Program-made: the position numbers and the translations under genes
Notes under the pieces: generated by a model
What the model was told of the DNA's origin: nothing
The model's input: only the letters and a program-made list of their open reading frames with translations
Database searches by the model: none
In this document: positions 1 to 8,812 of the stretch, in pieces
Layout: each line of letters starts with the position of its first letter
How positions within the stretch are numbered: position 1 is the stretch's first letter
NCBI GenBank assembly: GCA_041661385.1
Contig: JBAZUP010000001.1
Location: 209,692 to 273,691 of the forward strand
DNA length: 64,000 bases
Reading direction: 5' to 3'
Source: Patescibacteria group bacterium
GTDB lineage: Bacteria; Patescibacteriota; Patescibacteriia; Magasanikbacterales; GWA2-37-8

Positions 1-62
1 GGGGTCGCAACGTCTTCGGTAGTATATTCTTTTTTCAAGTCAACTACTTGTATGAGCGCCAT
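1..62 (-). CDS. ABC transporter ATP-binding protein (MacB/LolD-like), 5' end only
   Basis: Manual translation MALIQVVDLKKEYTTEDVATP..., a typical ABC ATPase N-terminus, directly downstream of a MacA-type adaptor; runs off the window edge. Confidence 0.65.
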   Translation of the reverse strand, partial: MALIQVVDLKKEYTTEDVAT

Positions 63-73
63 ATTTTTTGGAA

Positions 74-1645
74 TTATTTTATACTCAAGATAACCAGTTC
101 ACCTTCTTTAAGACCAGTTAATATTTCAACCTTACCTTCATTTGCCTTCATACCGATTGTAACAGTCTTCTCAACCGACTGACCATTTTCAAGTACTTTA
201 ACATATTTAGTGCCGTCAGTTCGTGTTTTTACACTGCGTAAAGGAATGCTTAAAACATTATCTTTTTGAGCAGCATTCACTGAGACGTTTGCGGTCATGC
301 CGGGTTTAACGGCTTTGTTAGTGTCATCGAGACTGATTCGTACTTTGTAATACACAACATCCTGAACCTCAGTAGAACCAGGATCAATAGTTAAGATAAG
401 ACCGGAAAATTTTGTTTCTTCACCAAATGCATCTAAGGTAATCTCGGCTTTTTCGCCAACATTGATTTTAGCGACATCAGTTTCCGGAATATCAACATTT
501 ACTTCGTAATGAGGTGAAAGTAAATTTATGATTGCTTCAGAACCGTTTACAGTCTCGCCAATTTTTTTATTTACTTTAGTAATAATTCCATCAATCGGCG
601 CACGAATAATCGCTTTATCTCGATTTGCGACTGCCTGAGCTAGCGCCGCACGATATGGTGCAACATCGACATCGCGGGGCGGAACAACTTTGCCTTGATA
701 ATTAGCCAAAGCTTGATTGTAAGCAGCACGCCTAATACTAATAGCATTTTTGGCATTGGTAACTACTTGGCTCTGCCCAACAAATGATGTGTACTGCGTG
801 GCGAGAGTAATACGAGTTGATTCAATTGTTGTTTTTTTACCATCCAAGATTGCCTGCGTAAACGAACCATTGGTCACAGTGTTATTTAACATCTCCGATA
901 CATCAGCTAAGAGTTGGTTAAAAGCAACAAACGCAGTATCAATAGCCGGAACAACCAAATCAACGGATGAAGTTGAACTAATAGAAATTAGATTTAAAGC
1001 TAATGATCTAGCATTGTCACGAGCTCTTTTGGCTGCGCTATAATCTATGGAAGATTTTCCGATCAAAGAAGGTTTCTGCACTGATAATAGGGTCTTAAAA
1101 TCCGCGTTAGCATTTGTATTATCAATCCCTAAAATATTGTCGGCTTGAGTTAAACTGTCGTCTAATCTTGGCAAGCTGGCTTGAATTGCCACGATCATGG
1201 TATTGCGGGCATTTACCTCGTCCGCGATAGATTGATCAAGCGAAGCTTTCGCAGATTCAACCGCCGCCGCATAATATTGTTTATCCTGATCGGTTGATCC
1301 GGCCAAAATTTTATTCAAATTTGCCTGAGATTGAGCAACTGCAGCATCAAGTTCGGCCAAGCGAATATTCGCAAGAATTTGTCCAGTTTTAACAATCGAC
1401 CCTTCAGCCACATTCATTCTTTCGATTGTTCCTGGCATTTCAAATCGCAAGGAAATATCATTTTTCGATTCTACTTTACCGGTTGCGTCGACAGTTTGTT
1501 TTAGGGTTTCAAGAACAACCGGAACGGTTTCATATACCGGCGGTTTATTTTTTGCCTGATAACTGCGATACCAATAAAAACTACCGCCGGCAACAATGAG
1601 CAAGGCGATAATATATCTGGCTTTTAGAAATTTCTTTAAGTTCAT
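74..1645 (-). CDS. Efflux transporter periplasmic adaptor subunit (MacA/HlyD family)
   Basis: N-terminal TM, lipoyl half-motifs (GTIERMNVAEGSIVKTGQIL; IRAPIDGII), long coiled coil, beta-barrel C-terminus (VKPGMTANV). Confidence 0.9.
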   Translation of the reverse strand: MNLKKFLKARYIIALLIVAGGSFYWYRSYQAKNKPPVYETVPVVLETLKQTVDATGKVESKNDISLRFEMPGTIERMNVAEGSIVKTGQILANIRLAELDAAVAQSQANLNKILAGSTDQDKQYYAAAVESAKASLDQSIADEVNARNTMIVAIQASLPRLDDSLTQADNILGIDNTNANADFKTLLSVQKPSLIGKSSIDYSAAKRARDNARSLALNLISISSTSSVDLVVPAIDTAFVAFNQLLADVSEMLNNTVTNGSFTQAILDGKKTTIESTRITLATQYTSFVGQSQVVTNAKNAISIRRAAYNQALANYQGKVVPPRDVDVAPYRAALAQAVANRDKAIIRAPIDGIITKVNKKIGETVNGSEAIINLLSPHYEVNVDIPETDVAKINVGEKAEITLDAFGEETKFSGLILTIDPGSTEVQDVVYYKVRISLDDTNKAVKPGMTANVSVNAAQKDNVLSIPLRSVKTRTDGTKYVKVLENGQSVEKTVTIGMKANEGKVEILTGLKEGELVILSIK

Positions 1646-1648
1646 AAA

Positions 1649-1870
1649 CTAAAATTTAAGATGCTTGGTTAAATGTTTTATGTAAGTTTCCATTTTTTTC
1701 TTTGAGACGAAAATCAGAGTTTCATTATGAACCAATGCGACCAAACTATCTCCAGTTTTAATCTTGAGAGCGGCCCGCGCTTCTTTTGGTATAACTATTT
1801 GACCGCGCTCACCAAGACTAGTTACGCCGCAAACTTCGGGATAATCACCCATTTTCAGTTTTTTCTTCAT
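1649..1870 (-). CDS. AbrB/MazE/SpoVT family DNA-binding protein
   Basis: LGERGQIVIPKEARAALKIKTGDSL motif; start moved to ATG at 1870 because the longer ORF overlaps the promoter and upstream gene. Confidence 0.85.
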   Translation of the reverse strand: MKKKLKMGDYPEVCGVTSLGERGQIVIPKEARAALKIKTGDSLVALVHNETLIFVSKKKMETYIKHLTKHLKF

Positions 1871-1873
1871 AAA

Positions 1874-1929
1874 ATATGATAAGTATGAATAATCATACTT
1901 ATCATATAAATATTTTTGCCTTTTGTCAA
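1874..1929 (-). promoter_or_regulatory. sigma70-type promoter overlapped by a 15-bp perfect inverted repeat (putative operator)
   Basis: TTGACA (1929-1924), 17 bp, TATGAT (1906-1901); ATATGATAAGTATGA-ataa-TCATACTTATCATAT at 1874-1907. Confidence 0.75.
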
Positions 1930-3381
1930 TTAAGATTTTTCCCAATCTTGAACGTTTTTTAGGTACTCATCTTTAATTTTTTCAAAATAGATTTTGGCCG
2001 GTTCATATTCATTCGGAATTATTCCATCCAAAATTGCTTCCTCAATCGCAGTTTTAATTTTACCAACCGTCGGACCCGGTTTAAGACCGCAAACTGACAT
2101 TATTTCATCACCGCGAACCGGCGATTGAAAAGACAACATTTTATCCTTTTCTATTACTTCTGCCACCCGCTTTTCAAGTCGATCGTAATTTTTAAGACGG
2201 CGCTCTTTTTTTAAAGGATTACCAGTTGTAATATCACTTCGGCCGAGAATTAGTAAATCATTTATATGAACACCAAGCGTAACAATAAGACGCCTGACCG
2301 CTGAATCGGTAATCCCCTCATCCATAAGCGATATGGGTTGGAGATGCCAGCGAATAAGTTTGGCAATATAATCGGTTGTATCTTTAGAAAATTTAAGCCG
2401 TTTAGCAATGACATATAACATTTTTTTACCCAAATGTTCATGAGCATGAAAAGTCCAGCCGATTTTTGGAATAAATTCTTTGGTGCCGGTTTTGCCAATA
2501 TCATGCAGAAGACCAGCCAGGCGTAACCAAACATTATCGGATTGCTCCGCAATATTATCTACGACTTTAAATGAGTGGATCAAATTATTTTTATGCTGAT
2601 GACCGAATATTTCTTCAACCCCATCAAGATTTGCAACTTCCGGTAAGATTTGTTCAAGTAAACCGGTATGAAATAAAAGCCCAAGACAAACCGAGGGTTG
2701 TTCTATTGCCATCATTTTTAATATTTCATCCTGAATTCTTTCACCAGATATTATTTTTATTCTGGATCGATTTTTATGGATTGACTCAAGTGTCGATTTA
2801 TCAATAAAAAACTTCAGTTGTCCAGCAAAACGAATCGCTCTAAGCATTCGAAGCGGATCATCGGAAAAAGTCGTATCCGGATCAAGCGGAGTGCGCAAAA
2901 CCATTTTTTCCAGATCTTTCTCCCCTCCGTAGGGATCGGTTAAGCTTTTTTTCAACGCGGCGGCCGTAACCTTTTTTATAAATATTTTAACCGGCGCCGC
3001 CATAGCATTTATCGTAAAATCACGACGACTAAGATCGGTATTTAAATCAGCGGTTTCCACTTTTGGCTTACGAGACTTCGACTGATAGGTTTCCGATCGA
3101 GCGCCGGCAAATTCAACCTCGATTGTATCCTCTTCACCATCTTTCAAAACATATCGCGCGGTATCAAAATCTGGAAATTCTACCAAAGAACCAATTTTCT
3201 CCATTGTTATATCAAATTTCTTGGCAAACTCAACTCCTCCACCAACCACAACACAATCAATATCTTTTTTTTCTTTTCGCCCCAGCAACAAATCGCGCAC
3301 ATAGCCACCAACGACAAAAACCTCCGTTTTATTTTCGGAGGCTGTGTCATTAATTTTTTTAAATATCTCAATCAATTTCAT
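1930..3381 (-). CDS. cca: CCA tRNA nucleotidyltransferase with HD domain
   Basis: VGGYVRD, DID, RRDFTINAMA, DDPLRMLR, LLHDIGK; start at Met30 of the ORF, with GGAG upstream. Confidence 0.88.
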   Translation of the reverse strand: MKLIEIFKKINDTASENKTEVFVVGGYVRDLLLGRKEKKDIDCVVVGGGVEFAKKFDITMEKIGSLVEFPDFDTARYVLKDGEEDTIEVEFAGARSETYQSKSRKPKVETADLNTDLSRRDFTINAMAAPVKIFIKKVTAAALKKSLTDPYGGEKDLEKMVLRTPLDPDTTFSDDPLRMLRAIRFAGQLKFFIDKSTLESIHKNRSRIKIISGERIQDEILKMMAIEQPSVCLGLLFHTGLLEQILPEVANLDGVEEIFGHQHKNNLIHSFKVVDNIAEQSDNVWLRLAGLLHDIGKTGTKEFIPKIGWTFHAHEHLGKKMLYVIAKRLKFSKDTTDYIAKLIRWHLQPISLMDEGITDSAVRRLIVTLGVHINDLLILGRSDITTGNPLKKERRLKNYDRLEKRVAEVIEKDKMLSFQSPVRGDEIMSVCGLKPGPTVGKIKTAIEEAILDGIIPNEYEPAKIYFEKIKDEYLKNVQDWEKS

Positions 3382-3415
3382 ATCATCTTTACTCTCCGCT
3401 CCTTCAGAATTATTC

Positions 3416-4453
3416 TTAATCAACCTTGCGATGTATACCAGTTCGGTTCGCCGCTTCTTTTTCATCAATCAGACCTTCTTTAACCAGCTGTCGAACCGAG
3501 TTTTCCATCGTTACCATCCCTTCTTTCGCACCAGTTTGAATAGCAGATTTTATTTGAGGAATATTATTTTCTCGAATAAGGTTCGCGACACCTGCCGTAT
3601 TAACCATAATTTCACGGGCCGGCACTCGTCCGCCGTCTTTGGCGGGAATTAACTGCTGAGCAACCACACCGCGAAGAACCGCTGAAAGTTGAATGAGAAC
3701 TTGCTTTTGTTTTGAACCTTCAAAAACATCCACAATTCTTTCTACTGCTTCTGCGGCACTACCGGTATGCAAAGTAGAAAATACCAAGTGACCGGTTTCT
3801 GCCGCCGTTATTACCGTCGCGATTGTTTCCGGATCGCGCATTTCTCCCACAAAAATTACATTCGGATCCTGACGCAAAACATATTTAAGCGCATTCGCAA
3901 ATGACTTTGTGTCCGTTCCGACTTCACGCTGTTCAATAAGACTTTGCTTATTACTAAACACAAATTCAATCGGGTCTTCAATAGAGATAATATGCGCACG
4001 TCTCGTTTTGTTTATTTCTTCAATCATGGAAGCGATCGTGGTAGATTTTCCGCACCCCGTCGGACCGGTGATAAGGACAAGTCCATCTACTAATTTTGAA
4101 AAACCAAGCAACGAACTTTCAAAATGCAAAGCTTCTGGTGTTGGAATATCTTTGGGAATAAGACGCGCGGTAAGAGCGATATTTTCTTGCTGCTGATGCA
4201 GGTTAACGCGAAACCTAACATCATCAACTGAAAAACCAAAATCCAGTTCTTTATCTTGTTCAAACTTAGCAATTTGCTCTTTAGTAATAATTGAATAGAT
4301 TCCAGTTTGTAAAAGTTTATTTTCTAAAACGGTATCCTCAATGTTTTGTAACACGCCCTCAATGCGCAAAATCGGATTTGTGGAACCAACTAAGTGCAGA
4401 TCTGAAGCATCTCGCTTTATCGCTTCTCTAAAGTAAGCTTTGATTGGTTGCAT
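3416..4453 (-). CDS. pilT: Type IV pilus retraction ATPase PilT/PilU family
   Basis: ASDLHL, GPTGCGKSTT, IEDPIE, LRQDPNVIFVGEMRD, AAETGHLVFSTLH. Confidence 0.92.
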   Translation of the reverse strand: MQPIKAYFREAIKRDASDLHLVGSTNPILRIEGVLQNIEDTVLENKLLQTGIYSIITKEQIAKFEQDKELDFGFSVDDVRFRVNLHQQQENIALTARLIPKDIPTPEALHFESSLLGFSKLVDGLVLITGPTGCGKSTTIASMIEEINKTRRAHIISIEDPIEFVFSNKQSLIEQREVGTDTKSFANALKYVLRQDPNVIFVGEMRDPETIATVITAAETGHLVFSTLHTGSAAEAVERIVDVFEGSKQKQVLIQLSAVLRGVVAQQLIPAKDGGRVPAREIMVNTAGVANLIRENNIPQIKSAIQTGAKEGMVTMENSVRQLVKEGLIDEKEAANRTGIHRKVD

Positions 4454-4506
4454 ATTTATCTCCTTAGGTTAAAATTATAGCTTAATTATACAATAAACCG
4501 GCCGAC

Positions 4507-4535
4507 TTGAAAAGCATCAATAAATATGGTAGTCT
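4507..4535 (+). promoter_or_regulatory. Promoter for the tRNA-Pro pair
   Basis: TTGAAA-17 bp-TAGTCT with TG extended -10, 18 bp before the first tRNA. Confidence 0.55.
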
Positions 4536-4553
4536 TATGAAGCAATTTTGCCA

Positions 4554-4627
4554 CGGGCTGTAGCGAAGTTGGCTATCGCGTCTGCATGGGGTGCAGAAGA
4601 TCGCAGGTTCAAGTCCTGTCAGCCCGA
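4554..4627 (+). tRNA. tRNA-Pro (anticodon GGG)
   Basis: Acceptor CGGGCTG/CAGCCCG, anticodon arm TCTGC-ATGGGGT-GCAGA, T-loop TTCAAGT; CCA not encoded. Confidence 0.95.
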
Positions 4628-4735
4628 CGCGAGCCAAACCAGTACAATAAACGAAATCCGGTTATATGCCGCTACGCGTCATATAGCCCTCATCGCTCGA
4701 AAATAAGAATTAATTTCTTATTTTACTCACTCTAT

Positions 4736-4808
4736 CGGGCTATAGCGCAGTTGGTAGCGCGCGTGGTTCGGGACCACGAGGCCGTGGGTTCAAGTCCCAC
4801 TAGCCCGA
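4736..4808 (+). tRNA. tRNA-Pro (anticodon CGG)
   Basis: Acceptor CGGGCTA/TAGCCCG, anticodon arm CGTGG-TTCGGGA-CCACG, T-loop TTCAAGT; CCA not encoded. Confidence 0.95.
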
Positions 4809-4813
4809 CAAAA

Positions 4814-4844
4814 AACAAAACAAGCTTTTTAAGCTTGTTTTGTT
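4814..4844 (+). terminator. Hairpin/terminator after the tRNA pair
   Basis: AACAAAACAAGCTT / AAGCTTGTTTTGTT inverted repeat. Confidence 0.6.
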
Positions 4845-4947
4845 AAAAGTTGAAACCTAAATTGAAAGTAAAAAAAACATGAAAAAACTTTGACATATCC
4901 AGCTTTTGCAGTAAAATACTAATATATCTATTAATAATTATAAATAT

Positions 4948-5910
4948 ATGGAAAATACGACCCAAGAAGAGAAAACTACAACGCCAAAACACGTGTTTTT
5001 ACACCTGTTCGTAATTATTATGCTGTACGCCAGCACGATTAATTTTGTCACCCTTTTATTTCAATACATTAACTATTGGGTTGCTGACCCGCTTTTAAGG
5101 ACCTCTTATTCTATTTCATATAACGCGGATTTAATTCGTTTTGGTATTGCGGCTTTAATTATTATTTTTCCGGTATTTATTTTGTCTTCAAAATTCTTAA
5201 ATTCTAGTTATCTCAAAAATGCAGCCATCCGTGAAATGCGCATTAGAAAATGGCTGATATATTTTACCCTTTTTGTTTCAGCCTTAATTATAGTTGGCGA
5301 CTTAGTTGGAATAATACTTTCCTTTCTCAACGGAGAAGCTACCCTTCGCTTCATTTTAAAAGCGCTTACCATTCTATCCGTCACAGGCTTAATATTTTTC
5401 TATTATTTAGGAGATTTAAGAGATTCAGTTTCTTCAAAGAATATAAAAATATTTGTCTGGGGTGTAATCGGTGCGGTAACTGTCGCAATTATTACCGGTT
5501 TTTTTGTAGTGGGTTCGCCGAGTGTTTCAAGGGCTATCAGATTTGATAATGAAAGAACTGCAAACTTACAGGAAGCCCAGTATCAAATAATTAATTACTG
5601 GCAAAATAAAGGTAAACTTCCTGCAACCCTCGGCAATCTAACGGACAGCATTAGCGGTTACAAGACCCCGACAGATCCAGAAACCGGCACTGCTTATGAA
5701 TATTCAGTAACCGGCACAACGACATTTAAGTTGTGTGCAAACTTTAACTTAGCGAGCGATGCAAACAACCCAAATAGCATGCAAACCGGTGCGATTTACG
5801 CACCTTATCCAAATGGAAAAGTAGATAATTGGAGTCATGAAAAAGGCCGCACTTGCTTTGACAGAACAATTGATCCTGAAATCTATAAGCAATTTGACAA
5901 AATTAAATAA
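4948..5910 (+). CDS. Multi-pass membrane protein (DUF5671-like) with pilin-like C-terminal domain
   Basis: About 5 TM segments, then DNERTANLQ..IINYWQNKGKLP..PTDPETG..YEY..FKLCANF, resembling a pilin globular domain. Confidence 0.6.
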   Translation: MENTTQEEKTTTPKHVFLHLFVIIMLYASTINFVTLLFQYINYWVADPLLRTSYSISYNADLIRFGIAALIIIFPVFILSSKFLNSSYLKNAAIREMRIRKWLIYFTLFVSALIIVGDLVGIILSFLNGEATLRFILKALTILSVTGLIFFYYLGDLRDSVSSKNIKIFVWGVIGAVTVAIITGFFVVGSPSVSRAIRFDNERTANLQEAQYQIINYWQNKGKLPATLGNLTDSISGYKTPTDPETGTAYEYSVTGTTTFKLCANFNLASDANNPNSMQTGAIYAPYPNGKVDNWSHEKGRTCFDRTIDPEIYKQFDKIK

Positions 5911-5921
5911 TATTCAGCATA

Positions 5922-5956
5922 AAATAAAAAATCGCCCTAGAGGCGATTTTTTATTT
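5922..5956. terminator. Bidirectional intrinsic terminator
   Basis: AAATAAAAAATCGCC-ctaga-GGCGATTTTTTATTT between convergent genes. Confidence 0.8.
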
Positions 5957-6505
5957 AGCTTTATTTTTTCGAAGATAAATATATATCATTAACAATGACC
6001 CGTAGTTCAAAATCATAAACCACGGCTGACCCCAAGAAAAACCATCAAATTTCCAATTTGAAAAGGGCCAAAGAAACGGTGTTGGATAAAATTTATAGCT
6101 ATGAGTGGGAATATCCATAATGATATGCATGAGCCATCCAATCATCACAATCGGCAAATCTCTCCAAGAAACAGATTTTCTAAATAAATATTTAATAATT
6201 AAAACCAGCGCAATAACTCCGAAGAAAACAAATAAACTATGTGAATAATTATATAATTGACTCGATAAAAGAAACGGTCCTCCCCCGCTTTGTTCTAGGG
6301 CAACAGAATTTTCAGGGCGGATAGGAATAATATTTATTCCTCTGAGGCGCATCCAAAGAAGCCAAATAATTGCCGGGGTAAATGCAAACAAATCCGGAAA
6401 CATTCCCCAAAAAGCCGCCAAAAATAAATTGAATTTAGTTTGTTTTTTCTTATTTATTCCTTTGACGGCTGCAGCGGCCCAGAGACCGTGAGAAATAATA
6501 TCCAT
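5951..6505 (-). CDS. Membrane-bound metal-dependent hydrolase (YdjM/DUF457-like)
   Basis: MDIISH, PDL, SHS, HIIMD, PFLWPF motifs with TM helices. Confidence 0.75.
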   Translation of the reverse strand: MDIISHGLWAAAAVKGINKKKQTKFNLFLAAFWGMFPDLFAFTPAIIWLLWMRLRGINIIPIRPENSVALEQSGGGPFLLSSQLYNYSHSLFVFFGVIALVLIIKYLFRKSVSWRDLPIVMIGWLMHIIMDIPTHSYKFYPTPFLWPFSNWKFDGFSWGQPWFMILNYGSLLMIYIYLRKNKAK

Positions 6506-6506
6506 A

Positions 6507-7715
6507 TTATTCGTGGGCCTGATATGCGAGCAAGCGCATTTTACGTTCAAACCTCCAAGAATTTATTCGTCCGGCGGAAATTACCGTAAGACCAGCCACA
6601 ATCGACTCCGTTGAACCAATGGTCGCGAGTGCCCAACCATTATCCATAATTCCGAGCAAGGCGCCCGTAATACCCATAACCGGCGCAAGCGAAGCGCCGA
6701 TAATAAGCCCCAGTCTCGCCGGGTTAGTAAAATCTTGGCGCAAAGCAATCCTAATTTCGCTTTCATCCTTTTGATCAAATGATAATTTATTTTCGATTTT
6801 TAATTTACGTAAATTTCTTCGATACATTAACAATGATTGAAATGCCGTGGTTAGAGATAATGCAACTGCAGAAAAACCAAATACCACGCCACCGAGTATC
6901 ATCTGTCCATTTACAAGCAAATGATGAACAGAAAAAGCTCCCCACGAAGCAAGGGCAAAAACAGGTATAAGTATTCGAGAACGTCTAATCAATTCTTTCC
7001 AGCTAAAACCAGAGCCGCGTAATGCAGATAATTCAGCTGCTTCACCAAGTAAATCATCGGTTGAAGCCGCAAATATTTTACCGATTCCAGCGGCATACTT
7101 TTCCAAAATATGCGCTACCGGACCGATTATAAATAGCGCTTTTATAATTGATTGCGCAATTTCTGTACGTTCGTGTGCATTATCAACGAGTACGCGATAG
7201 ATTGCGTAATCAATCTGTAAAGGATAAATAATTTCACTAAGTTCGGTCATAAACTGTTGATCTTCCGGTTTAATACCATTATTGTCTTCATCCACCAAAA
7301 CCAGGCGTTTAAAACGTAAATGATCATTTAAAATCGTTTTTACCGCTTCATCAATATTTTCACCGTGAACGTGAGCCCTTTGACGATCGCTTTCGGTTAC
7401 AATTGGACGATGTTTTTCACGCAATAATTTTGGTAACCAAGTAATTATATAATTTTCCTGACTAAAAACACTAATCGTATGAACCGCTTTCAAAACATTT
7501 TCAGGTGTTCTCGTCATGGTTCGAACTCCAATTGCCTTTCCGTCTTTTAAAAGTTGTCTAATTCGTTCCTTATATTGCGGAAAACGCCTAAAAATATATA
7601 CCAATTCAATCGGTACATATTGCTCCATGTCACATTCTTCCGGCAAAGAAATCAAATCCATTCGATAACTGCCGAGAATTTTTTTCTGAGCTTTTTTATT
7701 TCCGTATTCAAACAT
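6507..7715 (-). CDS. Hypothetical membrane protein (soluble N-terminal half, ~4 C-terminal TM helices)
   Basis: Long ORF spaced 1 bp from each neighbour; no family recognised. Confidence 0.7.
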   Translation of the reverse strand: MFEYGNKKAQKKILGSYRMDLISLPEECDMEQYVPIELVYIFRRFPQYKERIRQLLKDGKAIGVRTMTRTPENVLKAVHTISVFSQENYIITWLPKLLREKHRPIVTESDRQRAHVHGENIDEAVKTILNDHLRFKRLVLVDEDNNGIKPEDQQFMTELSEIIYPLQIDYAIYRVLVDNAHERTEIAQSIIKALFIIGPVAHILEKYAAGIGKIFAASTDDLLGEAAELSALRGSGFSWKELIRRSRILIPVFALASWGAFSVHHLLVNGQMILGGVVFGFSAVALSLTTAFQSLLMYRRNLRKLKIENKLSFDQKDESEIRIALRQDFTNPARLGLIIGASLAPVMGITGALLGIMDNGWALATIGSTESIVAGLTVISAGRINSWRFERKMRLLAYQAHE

Positions 7716-7716
7716 A

Positions 7717-8796
7717 TTATAACTCGATAAGCGTTTGATCGCCGATAATAAGACGGTGGGTTTTTTTTGTTTCATTTTTTACAACTTTTGCCTGATCGCC
7801 AATAATACTATTTTTTATCACAACTTTTGCTTCGATGCGGCAGTTCGAAAAAATTATTGATTCCGAAATACTGGCATTTTTAACCGTACTGCCGGAACCA
7901 ATAGTTACATTCGGTCCGATTTCACATTTTTCCAAAAAACAATTATCACCAATAATAACCGGCCCGATAATTTTTACACCAGATCCTATTTTTAGTTCTT
8001 TTCCAAGATGAACTCGTCCTTTAATTTTAAGTTTGTGGCCATTGCTCCCTGAAAACTCATCATCTTTCATTACCTCCAGCAAAAGTTTATTTGCCAATAT
8101 TAAATCTTCCGGCATGCCGGTATCTTTCCACCAGCCGGTCACTTCTTCCCAACCTACCTTTTTTCCTTGTTTTAAAAAATAAGAATGGATGTCTGAAATT
8201 TCAAATTCCCCTCTTGAAGATTTTTGAATATGTTGAAAAGCATCGAAAAATATTTTCGGACCATATAAATATATTCCGGTTACCGCAAAATTATTGGAAG
8301 GGTTTTTTGGTTTTTCCTGCACTTCTATCAATTCATTTTTTTCGTTAAATACTGGCACACCAAATCGCTCTGGATCGTTCACGCGAGAAAAAGCCAACAT
8401 ACAATCATTATTGTTGCTTGTGAATTTTTCAAAAAACGGCACTAAACTGCCAAGCACAATATTATCTGACAGATAAAATATAAAAGGATCGTCCCCAATA
8501 AAATCTTTCGCGCAGTTCACCACATGGGCAATACCCTGAGGACCGCCGGTTTGTTCAAAATATTTAATTTTAACACCCCACCGGCTGCCGTCGCCGACAA
8601 CATTCTGAAGTTGGACTTCACCAGGGTTGGTATTAATAAAAATTTCATTAACGCCAGCCTCAATAACCTTTTCAATCGCATGAAAAATCATCGGCTTGTT
8701 GGCAAGCGGTATTAAATGTTTATTGATGGTAGTCGTAATCGGCCGAAGTCGAGTAGCTCTGCCACCGCCGGTAAGAATGGCTTTTGTGATTTTCAT
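7717..8796 (-). CDS. rmlA: Glucose-1-phosphate thymidylyltransferase, long form with hexapeptide repeats
   Basis: GGRATRLRPIT..NKHLIPLANKPM, EKP, RGEFEI, WKDTG, left-handed beta-helix C-terminus. Confidence 0.85.
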   Translation of the reverse strand: MKITKAILTGGGRATRLRPITTTINKHLIPLANKPMIFHAIEKVIEAGVNEIFINTNPGEVQLQNVVGDGSRWGVKIKYFEQTGGPQGIAHVVNCAKDFIGDDPFIFYLSDNIVLGSLVPFFEKFTSNNNDCMLAFSRVNDPERFGVPVFNEKNELIEVQEKPKNPSNNFAVTGIYLYGPKIFFDAFQHIQKSSRGEFEISDIHSYFLKQGKKVGWEEVTGWWKDTGMPEDLILANKLLLEVMKDDEFSGSNGHKLKIKGRVHLGKELKIGSGVKIIGPVIIGDNCFLEKCEIGPNVTIGSGSTVKNASISESIIFSNCRIEAKVVIKNSIIGDQAKVVKNETKKTHRLIIGDQTLIEL

Positions 8797-8812
8797 AGCA
8801 ATAGGCGATATT

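Noticed and set aside
3382-3468. N-terminal extension of the CCA enzyme ORF (likewise for gatA, gatC, hrcA, AbrB, the kinase)
   Set aside because: Extensions overlap neighbouring genes or regulatory DNA; downstream ATGs match family N-termini
4586-4846. 86-aa ORF on the + strand
   Set aside because: Overlaps both tRNA-Pro genes; spurious
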